From the human T2T-CHM13v2.0 reference genome, Homo sapiens: DNA of 64,000 nt. A model generated the notes under the pieces. It was not told the DNA's origin and did no database searches. It was given only the letters and a program-made list of their open reading frames with translations. How positions within the stretch are numbered: position 1 is the stretch's first letter; each line of letters starts with the position of its first letter. Positions 13,791 to 29,377 of this stretch are shown here, in pieces. Both the position numbers and the translations under genes were made by a program. The stretch lies in NCBI RefSeq assembly GCF_009914755.1, contig NC_060944.1. One strand, written 5' to 3'.

Positions 13791-14280
13791 GTTTCCACCA
13801 AAGGCCTCAAAGCGGTCCAAATATCCACTTACAGATTCTACGAAGAGTGTTTCAAAACTGCTCTATGAAAAGGTATGTTCAACTCTGTGAGTAGAATGCA
13901 AACATCACAAAGAGATTTCTGAGAATGCTTCTGTCTGGTTTTTATGTGAAGATATTCCCGTTTCCAGTGAAGGCCTCAAAGCCGTCCAAATATCCACCTG
14001 CAGATACTATGAAAAGAGTGTTTCAAAACTGCTCTATGAAAAGGTATGTTCAACTCTGTGAGTAGGATGCAAACATCACAAAGAGATTTCTGAGAATGCT
14101 TCTGTCTAGTTTTTATGTGAAGATATTCCCGTTTCCAATGAAGGCCTCAAAGCCATCCAAATATCCACCTGCAGATACTATGAAAAGAGTGTTTCAAAAC
14201 TGCTCTATGAAAAGGTATGTTCAACTCTGTGAGTTGAATGCAAACATCACAGAGAAGTTTCTGAGAATGCTTCTGTCTAG
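13791..14280 (-). repeat. Alpha satellite, B-type monomers including a single-monomer tandem duplication
   Basis: Consecutive monomers share GAGTAG, AAGAGATTTC and CCACCTGCAGATACTATG at 171-bp spacing; boxes are CpG-decayed (CCCGTTTCCAATGAAG). Confidence 0.88.
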
Positions 14281-14297
14281 TTTTTTTTTTTTTTTTT

Positions 14298-14382
14298 GGA
14301 ATGATAAACATTTTAATTTGAAAAGCAGGCATCTCTGCTGTTAAGCTTTCTTTTGATGGGTGGGGAGTGGGGGGCGTTGGAG
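14298..14382 (-). other. 3' transduced non-L1, non-satellite segment (~85 bp) of L1-A
   Basis: Lies between the L1 A-rich tail and a 17-nt poly(A), inside the TSDs. ATTAAA on the minus strand at 14312-14317, 14 nt before the poly(A). Confidence 0.85.
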
Positions 14383-14606
14383 TTTATTTATTTTTGTTAT
14401 TATTATACTTCAAGTTTTAGTGTACATGTTCACAATGTGCAGGTTAGTTACGTATGTATACATGTGCCATGCTGGTGTGCTGCACCCACTAACTCGTCCT
14501 CTAGCATTAGGTATATCTCCCAATGCCATCCTTCTCCCCTCCCCCCACCCCACAACAGTCCCCAGAGTGTGATGTTCCACTTCCTGTGTCCATGTGATCT
14601 CATTGT

Positions 14607-18423
<3,817 letters not shown>

Positions 18424-18486
18424 TATGATGTTAGCTAGTTATCTTGCTCGTTAATTGATGCAGTTTCTTCCTAGTCTCAATGGTCT

Positions 18487-19498
18487 TTACATTTTGGCAT
18501 GATTTTGCAGTGGCTGGTACTGGTTGTTCCTTTCCATGTTTAGTGCTTCCTTCAGGAGCTTTTTTAGGGCAGGCCTGGTGGTGACAAAATCTCTCAGCAT
18601 TTGCTTTTCTGTGAAGTATTTTATTTATCCTTCACTTAGGAAGCTTAGTTTGGCTGGATATGAAATTCTGGGTTGAAAATTCTTTTCTTTAAGGATGTTG
18701 AATATTGGCCCCCACTCTCTTCTGGCTTGTGGGGTTTCTGCCAAGAGATCCACTGTTAGTCTGATGGGCCTCCCTTTGAGGGTAACCCAACCTTTCTCTC
18801 TGGCTGCCCTTAACATTTTTTCCTTCATTTCAACTTTGCGGAATCTGACAATTATGTGTCTTGGAGTTGCTCTTCTCGAGTATCTTTGTGGTGTTCTCTG
18901 TATTTCCTGAATCTGAATGTTGGCCTGCCTTGTTAGATTGGGGAAGTTCTCCTGGATAATATCCTGCAGAGTGTTCCAACTTGGTTCCATTCTCCCCATC
19001 ATTTTCAGATACACCAAACAGATGTAGATTTGGTCTTTTCACATAGTCCCGTATTTCCTGGAGGATTTGCTCATTTCTTTTTATTCTTTTTTCTCTAAAC
19101 TTCCCTTCTCACTTCATTTCATTCATTTCATCTTCCATCGCTGATACCCTTTCTTCCAGTTGATTCCATTGTCTCCTGAGGCTTCTGCATTCTTCACGTA
19201 GTTCTCGGGCCTTGGTAATCAGCTCCATGAGCTCCCTTAAGCACTTCTCTGTATTGGTTATTCTAGTTATACATTCTTCTAAATTTTTTTCAAAGTTTTC
19301 AACTTCTTTGCCTTTGGTTTGAATGTCCTCCCATAGCTTGGAGTAATTTGATCGTCTGAAGGCTTCTTCTCTCAGCTTGTGAAAGTCATTCTCCATCCAG
19401 CTTTGTTCCATTGCTGGTGAGGAACTGCATTCCTTTGGAGGAGGAGAGGTGCTCTGCTTTTTAGAGTTTCCAGTTTTTCTGCTCTTTTTTTCCCCCAT
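18487..19498 (-). pseudogene. L1 ORF1 (p40 RNA-binding protein), disrupted
   Basis: MGEKKSRKTGNSK... N-terminus with a premature stop at 19109-19111; later fragments include PRHIIVRF, ARREWG and YPAKLS. Confidence 0.96.
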
Positions 19499-20405
19499 CT
19501 TTGTGGTTTTATCTACTTTTGATCATTGAGGATGGTGAAGTACAGATGGGTTTTTGGTGTGGATGTCCTTTCTGTTTGTTAGTTTTCCTTCTAACAGACA
19601 GGGCCCTCAGCTGCAGGTCTGTTGGCGTACCTGGTCGTGTGAGGTGTCAGTCTGCCCCTGCTGGGGGTTGCCACCCAGTTAGGAGGCTCGTGTGTCAGGG
19701 GTCAGGGACCCACTTGAGGAGGCAGTCTGCCCGTTCTCAGATTTCCAGCTGCGTGCTGGGAGAACCACTGCTCTCTTCAAAGCTGTCAGACAGAGACATT
19801 TAAGTCTGCAGAGGTTACTGCTGTCTTTTTGTTTGTCTGTGCCCTGTCCCCAGAGGTGGAGCCTACAGAGGCAGGCAGGCCTCCTTGAGCTGCGGTGGGC
19901 TCCACCCTCTTCGAGCTTCCCAGCTGCTTTGTTTACCTAAGCAAGCCTGGGCAATGGGGGGCGCCCTTCCCCCAGCCTCGCTGCCGCCTTGCAGTTTGAT
20001 CTCAGACTACTGTGCTAGCAATCAGTGAGATCCGTGGGGGTAGGACCCTCCGAGCCAGGTGCGGGATACAATCTCCTGGTGCATGGTTTTTTAAGCCCGT
20101 CAGAAAAGCGCAGTATTAGGGTGGGAGTGACCCGATTTTCCAAGTGCCGTCTGTCACACATTTCTTTGACTAGGAAAGGTAACTCCCTGACCCCTTGTAC
20201 TTCCCGAATGAGGCAATGCCTCGCCCTGATTCGGCTCACACAGGGTGCATGCACCCACTGACCTGCGCCCACTGTCTGGCACTCCCTAGTGAGATGAACA
20301 CAGTACCTCAGATGAAAATGCACAAATAACCTGACTTCTGCATCATTCATGCTGGGAGCAGTACACTGGAGCTATTCCTATTTGGCAAACTTGGCTCCTC
20401 CCCCC
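19499..20405 (-). promoter_or_regulatory. L1-A 5'UTR (internal sense promoter; antisense promoter would fire rightwards)
   Basis: ~907-bp GC-rich L1 5'UTR. The YY1 motif CAAGATGGCCG is mutated to CAAGTTTGCCA. Promoter activity is inferred from family knowledge only. Confidence 0.8.
19954..20028 (+). pseudogene. L1 ORF0 remnant (antisense ORF), truncated at codon 25
   Basis: ATG at 19954 gives MGGALPPASLPPCSLISDYCASNQ*. The downstream SVGVGPSEPG... part appears in a shifted frame (ORF track 20025..20261). Confidence 0.75.
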
Positions 20406-23400
20406 AGGTGCTTCTGACAAGTATTTATGGGAAGATATTCCCATTTCCAACGAAGGCCTCAAAGCAGTCCAAATGTCAACTTGCAGATTCTACCAAAAAT
20501 GTGTTTCAATACTGGGCTATAAAAAGATAAGTTCAACTTCATGAGTTCAATGAAAACATCACAAAGAAGTTTCTGAGAATGCTTTTGTCTAGTTTTTAAG
20601 TGAAGATATATCATTTCCACCATAGCTCTCCAAATGTCCAGTTGCAGATTCCACAAAAAGAGTGTTTCAAAACGGCTCTATCAAAAGAAAGGTTCAGCTC
20701 TGTGAGTTGAATGCACACATCACAAAGACGTTTCTGAGAATGCTTCTATCTAGTTTTTATGTGAAGATATTCCCGTTTCCAATGAAGGCCTCAAAGCAGT
20801 AAAAATATCCATATGGAGATACTACGAAAAGAGTGTTTCAAAACTGCTCTATGAAAAGGTATGTTGAACTCTGTGAGTTGAATGCAAACATAACAAAGAA
20901 GTTTCTGAGAATGCTTCTGTCTGGTTTTTATGTGAAGATATTTCCTTTTCCACCATAGGCCTCAAAGGTCTCCAAATGTCGACTTGCAGATTCTACAAAG
21001 AGAGTGTTTCAAACTGCTCTATCAAAAGAAATGTTCAACTCAATGAGTTGAATGGACACATCACAAAGAAGTTTCTGAGAATGCTTCTGTCTACTTTTTA
21101 TGTGAAGATATTCCAATTTCCAAGGAAGGCCTAAAAGCAGTCCAAATATCGAATTGCAGAGTCTATGAAAAAAGTGTTTCAAAACTGCTCCATTAAAATA
21201 TGTTCAACTGTGTGAGTTGAATGCAAATATCAGAAAGCAGTTTCTGAGAATGCTTCTGTCTGGTTTTTATGTGAAGATATTCCTTGTCCACGATAGGCCT
21301 CAAAACTTTCCAAATGTCCACATGCAGATTCTACAAAAAGAGTGTTTCTAAACTGCTCTATGAAGAGAAAGGTTCAACTCTGTGAGTTGAATGCACACAT
21401 CAAAAAGAAGTTTCTGAGAATGCTTCTGTCTAGTTTTTATGTGAAGATATTCCCGTTTCCAACGAAGGCCTCAAAGCAGTCAAAATAGCCACTGGCAGAT
21501 TTTACGAAAAGAGTGTTTCAAAACTGCTCTATAAAAAGGTATGTTCAACTCTGTGAGTTGAATGCAAACATCCCAAAGAAGTTTCTGAGAATGCTTCGGT
21601 CCGGTTTTTATGTGAAGATATTTCCTTTTCCACCATAGGCCTGAAAGCTTTCCAAATGTTCACTTGCAGATTCTACAAAAAGAGTGTTTCAAAACGGCTG
21701 TATCAAAATAAAGGTTCCACCCTGTGAGTTGAATGCACACATCACAAATAAGTTTCTGAGAATGCTTCTGTCTAGTTTTTATGTGAAGATATTCCCGTTT
21801 CCAAAGAAGGCTTCAAAGCAGTCGAAATATCTACTTGCATATTCTACGAAAAGAGGGTTTCAAAACTGCTCTAAGAAAAGGTATGTTCAACTCTCTGAGT
21901 TGAATGCAAACACCACAAATAAGTTTCTGGGAATGCTTCTGTCTACTTTTTATGTGAAGATACTTCCTTTTCCTCCATAGGGCTCAAAGCTCTCCAAATA
22001 TCCACTTGCAGATTCTACAAAATGACTGTTTCAAAACTGCTCTATCAGAAGAAAGGTTCAACACTGCGAGTTGAATGCACACATCAAAAAGAAGTTTCTG
22101 AGGATGATTCTGTCTAGTTTTTATGTGAAGATATTCCTGATTCCAAGGAAGGCCTCAAATCAGTACAAATATCCACTTGCAGATTCTACGAAAAGTGTTT
22201 CAAAACTGCTCCATGAAAAGGTGTGTTCAACTCTGTGAGTTGAATGCAAACATCAGAAAGAAGTTTCTGAGAATGCCTCTGTCTGGTTTTCATGTGAAGA
22301 TATTCCTTTTCCACCATAGGCCTCTAAGCTCTCCCAATGTTCACTTGCAAATTTTATGAAAAGTGTGTTTCAAAACTGATCTAAGAAAAGATATGTTCAA
22401 CTTTGTGTGTTGAATGCAAGCATCACAAAGAAGTTTCAGAGAATGCTTCTGTCTATTTTTTATGTGAAGATATTTCCTTTTCCACCATAGGCCTCAAAGA
22501 TCTGAAATGTCCACTTGAACATTCTTCAAAAAGAGTGTTTCCAAACTGCTCTATCAAAAGAAAGGTTCAACTGAGTCAGGTGAATGCCCGCATCATGAAG
22601 GAGTTTCTGAGAATTCTTCTGTCTGATTTTTATGTGAAGATATTCCCATTTCCAATGAAGGCCTTCAAAGTAGTCCAAATATCCACTTGCAGATTCTACG
22701 AAAAGAGTGTTTCGAAACTGCTCTATAAACAGGTATGTTCAACTCTGTGAGTTGGATGCAAGCATCACAAAAAACTTTCTGAGAATGCTTCTGTCTAGTT
22801 TTTATGTGAAGATATTTCCTTTTCCACCATAGGCCTCAAAGCTCTCCAACTGTCCACTTGCAGATTCTACCAAAGAGTGTATCAAAACAGGCTCTATCAA
22901 AACAAAGGTTGAACTCTGATAGTTGAATGCACACATCAGAAAGAAGTTTATGAGAATGCTTCTATCTTCTTTTTATGTGAAGATATTCTTGTTTCCAACG
23001 AAGGCCTCAAACAGTCCAAATATCCACTTGCAGATTCTACGAAAAGAGTGTTTCAAAACTGCTCTATAAAAAAGCTATGTTCAACTCTGTGAGTTGCTTG
23101 CAAACATCACAAAGAAGTTTCTGAGAATGCTTCTCTCCAGTGTTTATGTGAAGATAATTCCTTTTCCAACATGGGCCTCAAAGTTCTCAAAATGTCCACT
23201 TGCAGATTCTAAAAAGAGAGTGTTTCAAAACTGCTCTATCAAAGAAAGGTTCAACTCTGTGAGTTGAATGTACACATCACAAAGAATTTTCTGAGAATGC
23301 TTCTGTCTACTTTCTATATGAAAATATTCCCTTTTCCAATGAAGGCCTCAAAGCAGTCCTAATTTCCTCTTGCAGATTCTACGAAAAGAGTGTTTCAAAA

Positions 23401-24149
23401 CCGCTCTAAGAAAAGGTATGTTCAAAACTGTGAGTTGAATGCAAACATCATAAAGAAGTTTCTGAGAATACTTCTGTCTAAATTTTATGTGAAGGTATTT
23501 CCTTTTCCACCATGGGCCTCAACGCTCTCCGAATGTCGGCTTGCAGATTCTACAAAAAGTGTTTCAAAACTGCTCTATCAAAATAAAGATTCAACTCTGT
23601 GAGTTGAATGCACACATCAAAAAGAGGTTTCTGAGAATACTTCTGTTTAGTTTTTATGTGAAGATATTCATGTTTCCAAAGTAGGCCTCAAAGCGCTCCA
23701 AATATCCACTTGTAGATTCTATGAAAAGAATGTTTCAAGAGTTCTCTATGAAAAAGGCTTGTTCAACTCTGTGAGTTGAATGTAAACATCACAAATAAGT
23801 TTCTGAGAATGCTTCTGTCCAGTTTTTATGTGAAGATATTTCTTTTTACACCATAGCCCTCAAAGCTCTCCAAATGTCGACTTGCAGATTCTACAAAAAT
23901 AGTGTTTCAAACTGCTCTATCAAAAGAAAAGTTCAACTCTGTCAGTTGAATGGAAACATCAAAAATAAGTTTCTGAGAATGCTTCTGTCTAGCTTTTATG
24001 TGAAGATATGCCCGTTTCCAAGGAAGGGTTCAAATCAGTACAAATATCCTCTTGCAGATTCTACGAACAGAGTGTTTCAAAACTGCTCCATGAAAAGGTA
24101 TGTTCAACACGGTGAGTTGAATGCAAACATCACAAAGATGTTTCTGAGA
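20406..24149 (-). repeat. Alpha satellite, alternating A (pJalpha) and B (CENP-B box) monomers, SF5 R1/R2-like
   Basis: Alternation of TTTCCTTTTCCACCATAGG and TTCCCGTTTCCAACGAAGG box types with irregular AA runs; same orientation as the left flank. Confidence 0.92.
21451..21467 (-). promoter_or_regulatory. CENP-B box (first perfect copy in the window)
   Basis: TCCCGTTTCCAACGAAG is the reverse complement of CTTCGTTGGAAACGGGA. Further perfect copies start at e.g. 26042, 27576, 28601, 41196, 45456, 47333, 48056, 49244, 50953, 53002, 53855, 55050, 55563, 55904, 57100, 58973, 60674 and 61015. Confidence 0.95.
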
Positions 24150-24152
24150 GGG

Positions 24153-24461
<309 letters not shown>

Positions 24462-27400
24462 GATGTTTCTGAGAATGCTTCTGTCTGGTTTTTATGTGAA
24501 GATATTCCTTTTCCACCATAGGCCTCAAAGCTCTCTAAATGTTCATTTGCAGTTCCTACAAAAAGAGTGTTTCAAAACTACTCTATGAACAGGTATATTC
24601 AACTCTTTGACTTGAATGCAGACATCACAAAGACGTTTGTGAGAATGCTTCTGTCTAGTTTTTATGTGAAGATATTTCCTTTTGCAACATTGGACTCAAA
24701 GCTCTCCCAATGTCCACTTGCAGATTTTGCGAAAAGTGTGTTTTAAAACTGCTCTAAGAAAAGGTGTGTTCACCTCTGTGAGTTGAATGCAAACATCACA
24801 AAGAAGTTTCTGAGAATTCTTCGGTCTAGTATTTTTGTGAAGATATTCCCGTTTGCAACGAAGGCATCAAAGAAGTACAAATATCCACCTGTAGATTCTA
24901 CGAAAAGAGTGTTTCAAAACTGCTCTATCAAGAGGTATGTTCAACTCTTTGAGTTGAATGCAAACATCACAAAGAAGTTTCTGAGAATGCTTCTGTTGAG
25001 GTTTTATGTGAAGATATCTCCCTTTCATCCATAGGCCTCAAATCTCTCCAAATGTCCACTTGCAAATTCTACAAAAAAAGTGTTTCAAAACTGCTCTATC
25101 AAAAGAAGGGTTCAACTCTGTGAGTTGAATGCACACATCACAAAGAAGTTTCTGAGAATGCTTCTGTCTAGCTTTTATGTGAAAATATTCCCATTTCCAA
25201 TGAAGGCCTCATAGCAGTCAAAATATCCACTTGCAGATTCTACGAAAAGAGTGTTTCAAAACTGCTCTATGAAAAGGTATGCTCAACTCTGTGAGTTGAA
25301 TACAAACATTACAAAGAAGTTTATGAGAATGCCTCTGTCTAGTTTTTATGTGAAGATATTTCCTTTTCAACCATAGGACACAAAGAACCCAAATGTCCAC
25401 TTGCAGATACTACAAATAAAGTGTTTCAAAACTGCTCTATCAAAACAAAGGTTCAACTCTGTGAGTTGAATGCACACATCACGAAGTAGTTTCTGAGAAT
25501 GTTTCTGTCTAATTTTTATGTTAAAATATTTCCTTTTCTACCATAGGCCTAAAAGCGCACCAAATATCCACTTGCAGATTCTACAAAAACAGTGTTTCAA
25601 AACTGATCTATGAACAGTTATGTTCAAATCTGTGAGTTGAATCCTAACATCACAAAGAAGTTTCTGAGAATTCTTTTGTCTACTTTTTAGGTGAAGATAT
25701 TTCTTTTTCCACCGTAGGCCTCAAAGCTCTCCAAATGTCCAATTGCAGATTCTACGAAAAGAGAGTTTCAAAACTGCTCCATGAAAAGCTATGTTTAATT
25801 CTGTGAGTTGAATGCAAACATCACAAAGAAGTTTCTGAGAATGCTTCTGTCTGGTTTTTATGTGAAGATAATTTCTTTTCCACCAGAGGCCTCAAAGCTC
25901 TCCAAATGTCCACTTGCAGATTCTACAAAGGAGTGATTCAAAACTGCTCTATGAATAGAAAGGTGTACGTCTGTGAGTTGAATGCACACACCACTTAGAA
26001 GTTTCTGAGAATACTTCTGTCTAGTTTTATTGTGACCATATTCCCGTTTCCAACGAAGGCCTCAAAGCAGTCCAAATATCCACTTGCAGATTCTACGAAA
26101 GAGTTTTTCAAAACTGCTCTATAAACAGGTATGTTCAACTCTGTGAGTTGAATACAAACATGGCAAAGACGTTTCTGAGAATGCTTCTGACTAGTTTTTT
26201 TTGTGAAGATATTTCTTTTCCACCGTAGGCCTCAAAGGTCTCAAAATGTCCACTTGCAGATTCTTCAAAAAGAGTGTCTCAAAACTGCTCTATCAAAAGA
26301 AAGCTTAAAGACTGTGAGTTGAATGCACACATTACAAGATGTTTCTGAGAATGCTTCTGTCTAGTTTTTATGGGAAGATATTCCCATTTCCAATGAGTGC
26401 CTTAAAGCAGTCAAAATATCCACTTGCAGATTCTACGAAAAGAGTGTTTCAAAACTGCTCTATGAAAAGGTATGTTCAACTCTGTGAGTTGCATGCAAAC
26501 ATCACAAAGAAGTTTCTGAGAACGCTTCCGTCTGGTTTTTATGTGAAATAATTCCTTTACCACCATAGACCTCAAAGCTCTCCAAATGTCAACTTGCAGA
26601 TTCTACAAAAAGAGTGTTTCAAAACAGCTCTATCAAAAGTAAGGTGTAAGTCTGTGAGTTGAATGTACACACCACAAAAATGTTTCTGAGAATGCTTCTG
26701 TCTATTTTTTATGTGAAGATATTCCCGTTTCCAATGAAGACCTCAAAGCAGTCCAAATATTCACTTGCAGATTCTACGAAGGAGTGTTTCAAAACAGCTC
26801 TATGAAAAGCTATGTTCAACTCTGTGAGTTGAATGCAAACATCACAAAGAAGTTTCTGAGAATGCTTTGGACGAGTTTTCTTGTGAAGATATTTCCTTTT
26901 CCACCGTAGGCCTAAAAGCACTCCAAATCTCCACTTGCAGATTCTTCGAAAAGAGTGTTTAAAAACTGCTCTATGAAGAGCTATGTTCAACACTGTGACT
27001 TGAATGCAAACATCACAAAGAAGTTTCGGAGAATCCGTCTGTCTAGTTTTTATGTGAATATATATCCTTTTGTACCATAGGCCTCAAAGCTCTCCAAATG
27101 TCCACTTGCAGATTCGACAAAAAGAGTGTTTCAAAACTGCTCTATCAAAAGAAAGTTTCAAGTGTGTGAGTTGAATGCACACATCCCAAGGAAGTTTCTG
27201 AGAATGCTTCTGTCTAGCTTTTATGGGAAGATATTCCCATTTCCAACGAAGGCCTCAAAGGAGGCCACATATCCACTTGCAGATTCTATGAAAACAGAGT
27301 TTCATATCTGATATATGAAAAGGTATGCTCAACTCTGTGAGTTCAATGCAAACATCACAAGAAGTTTCTGAGAATGTTTATGTCTGTTTTTTATGTGAAG

Positions 27401-29377
27401 ATATTTCCTTTTCCAACATAGGCCTAAAAGCTTTCCAAATGTCCACTTGCAGATTTTACAAAGAGAGTGTTTCAAAACTGCTCCAGGAAAAGAAAGGTTT
27501 CACTCTGTGAGTTAAATGTACACATCACAAAGAAGTTTCTGAGAACGATTCTGTCTAGTTTTTATGTGAAGATATTCCCGTTTCCAACGAAGGCCTCAAA
27601 GCAGTCCAAATATCCATTTGCAGATTCTACCAAAAAAGAGCATATCAAAACTGTTCTATGAAAAGGTATTTTCAACTCCGTGCATTGAATGCAAACATCA
27701 CAAAGAAGTTTTTGGGAATTCTTCTGTCTGGACTTTATGTGAAGGTATTTCCTTTTCCACCATAGCAATCAAACTTTCCAAATGTCTACTTGCAGATTCT
27801 TCGATAAGAGGGTCTCAAAACTGCTCTCTGAAAAGGTATGTTGAACTCTATGTGTTGAATGCAAACATCACAGAGAAGTTTCTGAGAATGCTTCTCTGTA
27901 GTTTTTATGTGAAGATATTTCGTTTTCCACCATAGGCCTCAAAGCTCCCCAAATGTCCACTTGCAGATTCTTCAAAAAGTGTGTTTCAAAACTGCTCTAT
28001 CAAAAGAAAGGTTCAACTCTGTGAGTTGCATGCACACATCACGATGAAGTTTCTGAAAATGTTTCTCTCTAGTATTTATGTGAAGAAATTTCCTTTTCCA
28101 CCATAGGCCTCAAATCTCTCCGAATGTCCACTTGCAGATTCGACAAAAGAGAGTTTCAAAGCTACTCTATCGAAAGAAAGGTTCAGGTCTGTGAGTTGAA
28201 TGCACACATCACAATGAAGTTTCTGGTAATGCTTCTGTCTAGTTTTAATGGGAAGATATTCCCATTTCCAACGAAGGCCTCAAAGCATTCCAAATATCTA
28301 CTTGCAGATTCTACGAAAAGAGTGTTTCAAAACTGATCTATTCAAAGGTATGTTCAACTCTGTGAGTTGAATGCAAACATCACAAAGAAGATTCTGAAAA
28401 TGCTTCTGTCTGCTTTTTATGTAAAGATATTTCCTTTCCCACCATAAGCCTAATAGCTTTCCAAATGTCCACTTGCAGATTTTACAAAAGAGTGTTTCAA
28501 AACTGCACTATGAAAAGAAAGGTTCAATTCTGTGAGTTGAAAGCACACATCACAGAGAAGTTTCTGGGAAAGATTCTGTCTAATTTTTATGTGAAGATAT
28601 TCCCGTTTCCAACGAAGGCCTCAAAGCAGTCCAAATGTCCACTGGCAGATTGTATGAAAAAAGTGTTTCAAAACTGCTTTTAGAAAAGGTATGTTCAACT
28701 CCTTGAGTTGAATGCAAACATCACAAAGTAGATTCTGAGAATGCTTCTGTCTGGTTTTTATGTTAAGATATTTCCTTTTCCACCATAGGCCTCAAAGCTC
28801 TCCAAATGTTCACTTGCAGATTCTTCAGAAAGAGTGTTTCAAAACTGCTCTATCAAAAGAAAGGTTCAAGTCTGTGAGTTCAATGCACACATCACGAAGT
28901 AGTTTCTGAGAATGCTTCTGTCTAGTTTTTATGTGAGGATATTCCCATTTCCAATGACGGCCTCAAAGCAGTCCAAATATCTACTTGCATATTTTAGGAA
29001 AAGATTGTTTCAGAACTCCTCTATGCACAGGTATGTTCAACCCTGTGAGTTGAATGCAAACATCACTAAGTAGTTTCTGAGAATGCTTCTGACTGGTTTT
29101 TATGTGAAGATATTTTCTTTTCCACCATTGGCCTTAAAGCTCTCCTAATGTCCACTTCCAGATTCTACAAAAATCGTGTTTCAAAACTGTCGTATCAAAA
29201 GAAAGGTTCAGCTCTGTGAGTTGAATGCACACATCAAATAGAAGTTTCTGAGAACGCTTTTGTCTAATTTTTATGTGAAGATATTCCCGTTTCCATCGAA
29301 GGCCTCAAAGCAGTCCAAATATCCTCTTGCAGATTCTACGAAAAGAGTGCTTCAAAGCTGCTCTAAGAAACGTTATG
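24462..29377 (-). repeat. Alpha satellite, alternating A/B monomers, SF5-like
   Basis: Continuation of the A/B array; core-intact CENP-B boxes at 24847, 26042, 27576, 28601 and 29285. Confidence 0.92.
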
